Source: Lachnospiraceae bacterium (GTDB lineage Bacteria; Bacillota; Clostridia; Lachnospirales; Lachnospiraceae). From it: a stretch of DNA of 64,000 nucleotides. The notes under the pieces are model-generated. The model ran no database searches, had not been told where the DNA came from, and saw only the letters and a program-made list of their open reading frames with translations. The translations under genes and the position numbers were made by a program. Location: the NCBI GenBank assembly GCA_022799175.1, contig JAAWNY010000001.1, forward strand, positions 4,999 to 68,998, written 5' to 3'. Positions 58,433-64,000 of the stretch are shown here, piece after piece. Within the stretch, counting starts at the first letter, position 1. Every line of letters begins with the position of its first letter.

Positions 58433-59482
58433 ATGGAGCTGGATGATCGGAAAGTTACTATATTAAAAGCTATCATCAAGACATACTTGGAGACGGGTGA
58501 GCCGGTAGGTTCTAGAACGATTTCTAAGTATACAGATTTGCAGTTAAGCTCTGCGACCATCCGCAATGAAATGTCTGATTTGGAGGAGATGGGCTATATC
58601 ATACAACCTCATACTTCAGCAGGAAGGATTCCTTCTGATAAGGGATATCGTTTTTATGTGGACCAGATTATGCAGGAGAAGGAACAAGAGGTAACAGAGG
58701 TTAAAGCGTTGATGATTAAGAGCGTGGATCGCGTAGAGCTGATTTTGAAGAAGCTGGCACAACTTTTGGCCAGGAATACCAATTATGCAGCAATGATCAG
58801 CGGTCCTCAATATCATCGCAACAAACTGAAATTTATCCAGCTTTCCCAGATGGATCCGCATAAACTGCTAGTGGTCACGGTGGTAGAAGGAAACTTGATT
58901 CGCAATAAGGTGGTTACTGTACAAGAGGAGATCAGTCAGGAAGCGCTTTTGAATCTGAACATCATGCTGAACAGCAGTTTGAACGGATTGACGATCGATG
59001 AGATCAATCTGGGAGTGATTAGTCGCTTGAAAGAACAGGCGGGAAACCATAGCCAAGTGGTTGATCTTGTGCTGGGTGAAGTGGCGGCAGTGATACAGGC
59101 TGATGAGGAAGACTTGCAGATTTATACCAGTGGCACTACCAATATATTCAAATATCCGGAGCTGAGTGACGGGGAAAAGGCCAGTCAGCTGATCAGCACA
59201 CTAGAGCAGAAAGAATTGCTTCAGGAACTGATTACTGATGTAAACCGCACGGAGGAAGATAATGGAATCCAGGTTTATATCGGGGAAGAAACACCACTTC
59301 AGACGATGAAGGATTGCAGTGTTGTGACAGCGAATTATGAGTTGGGAGAAGGGATACGAGGGACGATTGGTATTATTGGCCCCAAACGCATGGATTATGA
59401 GAAGGTACTTGGCACTTTGAGGCATTTGATGAGACAATTAGATGCCACGTTTAAAACAGATACGAACAGTGAGGAAGGATGA
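58433..59482 (+). CDS. hrcA: Heat-inducible transcription repressor
   Basis: EPVGSRT, SSATIRNEMSDLE, HTSAGRIPSDKGYRFYVD and GPKRMDY motifs. Confidence 0.97.
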   Translation: MELDDRKVTILKAIIKTYLETGEPVGSRTISKYTDLQLSSATIRNEMSDLEEMGYIIQPHTSAGRIPSDKGYRFYVDQIMQEKEQEVTEVKALMIKSVDRVELILKKLAQLLARNTNYAAMISGPQYHRNKLKFIQLSQMDPHKLLVVTVVEGNLIRNKVVTVQEEISQEALLNLNIMLNSSLNGLTIDEINLGVISRLKEQAGNHSQVVDLVLGEVAAVIQADEEDLQIYTSGTTNIFKYPELSDGEKASQLISTLEQKELLQELITDVNRTEEDNGIQVYIGEETPLQTMKDCSVVTANYELGEGIRGTIGIIGPKRMDYEKVLGTLRHLMRQLDATFKTDTNSEEG

Positions 59483-60090
59483 TAGATATGGGAAAAGATA
59501 AGGATAAAGAAGAACGCGAGACTCCGGGAGGCCAGGAGACGATGGTTGATTCTGCGGATCAAGAAAAGAATATGGAGGAAGAGAACCTATCTTCTGAAAC
59601 AGAGGAAGCAAAAGAGAACGAAAATTTGGAGCATGATAAGGCAGGCAAAAAGGATCCGAAAGACGTACAGATCGAGGAGATGCAAGATCGCCTGATGCGT
59701 CAGATGGCGGAGTTTGACAATTTTCGCAAGCGGACGGAGAAAGAGAAGTCTGCAATGTACGAAGTTGGCGCCCGTGAGATGATTGAGAAGATTTTGCCGG
59801 TGCTGGATAATTTTGAGCGGGCTTTGGCCGCCGTGCCGGAGGAGGAGAAGGGAAGTTCCTTTGCCGAAGGCGTGGAGATGATCTACAAGCAGTTTATCAA
59901 GACTCTGGAAGACGCCGGAGTAGAGATGATCGAGGCAGTAGGACAACAGTTTAATCCGGATGTGCACAATGCAGTGATGCATATCGACGACGAAGCCTAT
60001 GGGGAGAATGAAATTTCTCAGGAGCTTCAGAGGGGGTATAAGTATCGAGGCACTGTAGTCAGACACAGTATGGTGCAGGTGGCAAATTGA
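59479..60090 (+). CDS. grpE: Nucleotide exchange factor GrpE (start may be 59488)
   Basis: AEFDNFRKR, FNPDVHNAV and QRGY...VRHSMVQV motifs. Confidence 0.96.
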   Translation: MIDMGKDKDKEERETPGGQETMVDSADQEKNMEEENLSSETEEAKENENLEHDKAGKKDPKDVQIEEMQDRLMRQMAEFDNFRKRTEKEKSAMYEVGAREMIEKILPVLDNFERALAAVPEEEKGSSFAEGVEMIYKQFIKTLEDAGVEMIEAVGQQFNPDVHNAVMHIDDEAYGENEISQELQRGYKYRGTVVRHSMVQVAN

Positions 60091-60097
60091 CAGATAA

Positions 60098-62005
<1,908 letters not shown>

Positions 62006-62162
62006 AGAGGCAAAAGGGCTGGCGCAGTCGAGGAAGGTTCCGGTAAAGAGCTTTTCGAAACTGCGACAGCCGTTTCGGTGTATAAATGTAGCCGTTTGTG
62101 TTGCATGAGCGGTTATGTATCAATATAGAGCGTGCAAAAGCGAGCACGAAATGGAGGAGACC

Positions 62163-63305
62163 ATGGCAGAGAGCAAGAGAGATTATTATGAGGTCCTGGG
62201 CGTTCCCAAGAACGCGGACGAGGCAGCTCTGAAAAAGGCATACCGTGCCCTCGCCAAAAAATATCACCCAGACAGTAATCCGGGGGATGCAGAGGCTGAA
62301 AAAAAGTTTAAGGAGGCTTCGGAAGCATACAGTGTTTTAAGCGATCCGGATAAACGCCGTCAATATGATCAGTTCGGCCATGCGGCGTTTGACGGGGCGG
62401 CCGGAGGTGGCGGCTTTGGCGGTTTTGACTTTTCCGGAGATATGGGCGATATTTTTGGTGATATTTTCGGCGATATTTTTGGTGGTGGTAGGAGCCGCAG
62501 CAGCCAGTACAATGGTCCAATGCGGGGGGCCAACGTAAGGACAGCAATTCGCATTACTTTTGAGGAGGCTGTTTTTGGATGTGAAAAGGAGATTGAGATT
62601 AACTTTAAGGAGGAGTGTTCTCAGTGTCATGGCACCGGGGCAAAGCCCGGCACTTCTCCGGAAACTTGTCCGAAGTGTAATGGCAAGGGCAAAATCATGT
62701 ATACTCAGCAGTCTTTCTTTGGTCAGGTGCAAAATGTGCAGACCTGCCCGGAGTGCGGAGGCAAAGGTAAGGTGATTCGTGAGAAATGTTCGGATTGTTA
62801 TGGCACCGGTTATGTGACACGCAAAAAGAAATTTAAGGTCACGATTCCGGGAGGTATTGACAACGGACAGAGCGTGCGTTGCGCTGGTGGCGGAGAACCA
62901 GGAATTAATGGAGGAGAGCGTGGCGATCTGCTGGTGGAAGCAGTGGTATCACAACATCCCGTATTTAAGCGTCAGGATACCAGCATTTATTCGACAGTGC
63001 CAATTTCCTTTGCAACAGCGGCTTTAGGCGGGCCGATTCGCATCAAAACGGTGGATGGCGAGGTAGAATACGAGGTGAAGGCCGGAACGCAGACGGATAC
63101 CCGCGTACGCCTAAAGGGGAAAGGAGTGCCGTCTCTGCGGGCTCGCGGAATCCGTGGGGATCACTATGTGACCTTGGTAGTCCAAGTGCCGGAGCGTCTG
63201 AATGAAACGCAGAAGGAAGCGTTGCGGAACTTTGATGCTGCGATGCGAGGCGAGAAATTGGAGACGGGAGAGAAACATAAAAAAGGAAAGCTTTTTGGTA
63301 AATAA
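62163..63305 (+). CDS. dnaJ: Chaperone DnaJ
   Basis: J domain with HPD, G/F-rich region and four CxxCxGxG repeats. Confidence 0.98.
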   Translation: MAESKRDYYEVLGVPKNADEAALKKAYRALAKKYHPDSNPGDAEAEKKFKEASEAYSVLSDPDKRRQYDQFGHAAFDGAAGGGGFGGFDFSGDMGDIFGDIFGDIFGGGRSRSSQYNGPMRGANVRTAIRITFEEAVFGCEKEIEINFKEECSQCHGTGAKPGTSPETCPKCNGKGKIMYTQQSFFGQVQNVQTCPECGGKGKVIREKCSDCYGTGYVTRKKKFKVTIPGGIDNGQSVRCAGGGEPGINGGERGDLLVEAVVSQHPVFKRQDTSIYSTVPISFATAALGGPIRIKTVDGEVEYEVKAGTQTDTRVRLKGKGVPSLRARGIRGDHYVTLVVQVPERLNETQKEALRNFDAAMRGEKLETGEKHKKGKLFGK

Positions 63306-63316
63306 GGTCGGGAAAG

Positions 63317-63442
63317 TTGAAACGAAAGATATATCTGCTATTGGCTAGCAATTTGTTTGTATTGGCGATCATGCAGGGCGGTTTCAACAAATTTGTCGAG
63401 ATCAAGCGGGGGATTCCCCAAGATGAGATAATAACAGAATGA
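63317..63442 (+). CDS. Candidate 41-aa small hydrophobic protein
   Basis: TTG start; MKRKIYLLLASNLFVLAIMQGGFNKFVEIKRGIPQDEIITE; lies between the dnaJ stop and the terminator; weak RBS. Confidence 0.3.
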   Translation: MKRKIYLLLASNLFVLAIMQGGFNKFVEIKRGIPQDEIITE

Positions 63443-63460
63443 GTGAGAGAAATAAAAGGG

Positions 63461-63498
63461 AAAAGAGCCGTCTCGTGTTGACACGTGGCGGCTCTTTT
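63461..63498 (+). terminator. Terminator of the dnaK/dnaJ operon
   Basis: AAAAGAGCCG...CGGCTCTTTT stem. Confidence 0.8.
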
Positions 63499-64000
63499 GG
63501 TTGCAACCCTAATTTTTAAGGTTTTTTTGAAAATGGTCTTTTCCCAACTAGAAAACTTGGCAGTGTGTGATGGAATGTAATGCATCAAGGAATTTCGTTT
63601 ACTTGATTTGATTTTTAATATTTTGCCTTGTCTTCCTGCGGAAATCGACTCTTTTCATCATCCGTTCAATAGGTTAATGCAGATAGTAAGAGTTTTATTG
63701 CAAAAAAATAAAATTTTTTGCGATTGATTTTTGTATGGATAGGGGAGAACCATAAATGAGAGACTTTTTTGGCAGAGATTGTGCCTTTCAACATACAGAG
63801 TCTGGATTGTTTTTGGAAGTGAAATGAGAGTCCGAATGCAGGTATGTAGGAATTTGAAAATTGATATATTAATAAAAATTATAAATAATAATAATTAAAA
63901 AGAATAAAAAGACTACCGGTTATCAACGGTGACAAAATCGGCTAAAAAATTCACAATCTAAAATTCTCTTTTCTTTGCATATAATAGTTGGAACCTATAA

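Noticed and set aside
63043-63588. 181-aa minus-strand ORF
   Set aside because: It overlaps dnaJ and its terminator and shows no family features.

Overview
64 kb of core chromosome from a spore-forming Firmicute (gene content and order suggest Lachnospiraceae/Clostridia; this is inference). No rRNA, tRNA, CRISPR array, phage or transposase was recognised. Gene content in order: the 5' part of an electron-bifurcating [FeFe]-hydrogenase operon (hydC, kinase-like ATPase, hydD, hydB) divergent from an uncharacterised signalling operon (DRTGG, anti-sigma-type kinase, HydS-like Fe-S sensor, DRTGG, PHP phosphatase, FNT channel); spo0A-glgA; rpsO-pnp; gap-pgk-tpiA; a truncated KdpD/KdpE pair; an ArsR-HMA-CadA metal efflux operon; glnA-ANTAR-dapF-lrp; cell-wall and sporulation enzymes; three MATE genes; an amino acid ABC transporter; T-box-controlled aspS2-gatCAB; gtrA-yfhO-argH; two 3D-domain genes; and hrcA-grpE-dnaK-dnaJ with a CIRCE. 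The most interesting signals are mostly non-coding: a probable guanidine-IV riboswitch, a two-codon-type Asn T-box, a glnA attenuator paired with a pseudo-receiver ANTAR protein, WalR-like boxes before both 3D genes, and a 168-nt rod-like palindrome whose arms are shared with a second 78-nt palindrome 6 kb away. A promoter-intact gene remnant pointing antisense into the FNT gene and the putative H2/formate-sensing phospho-switch operon also stand out. All calls come from manual motif recognition; no database search was run.
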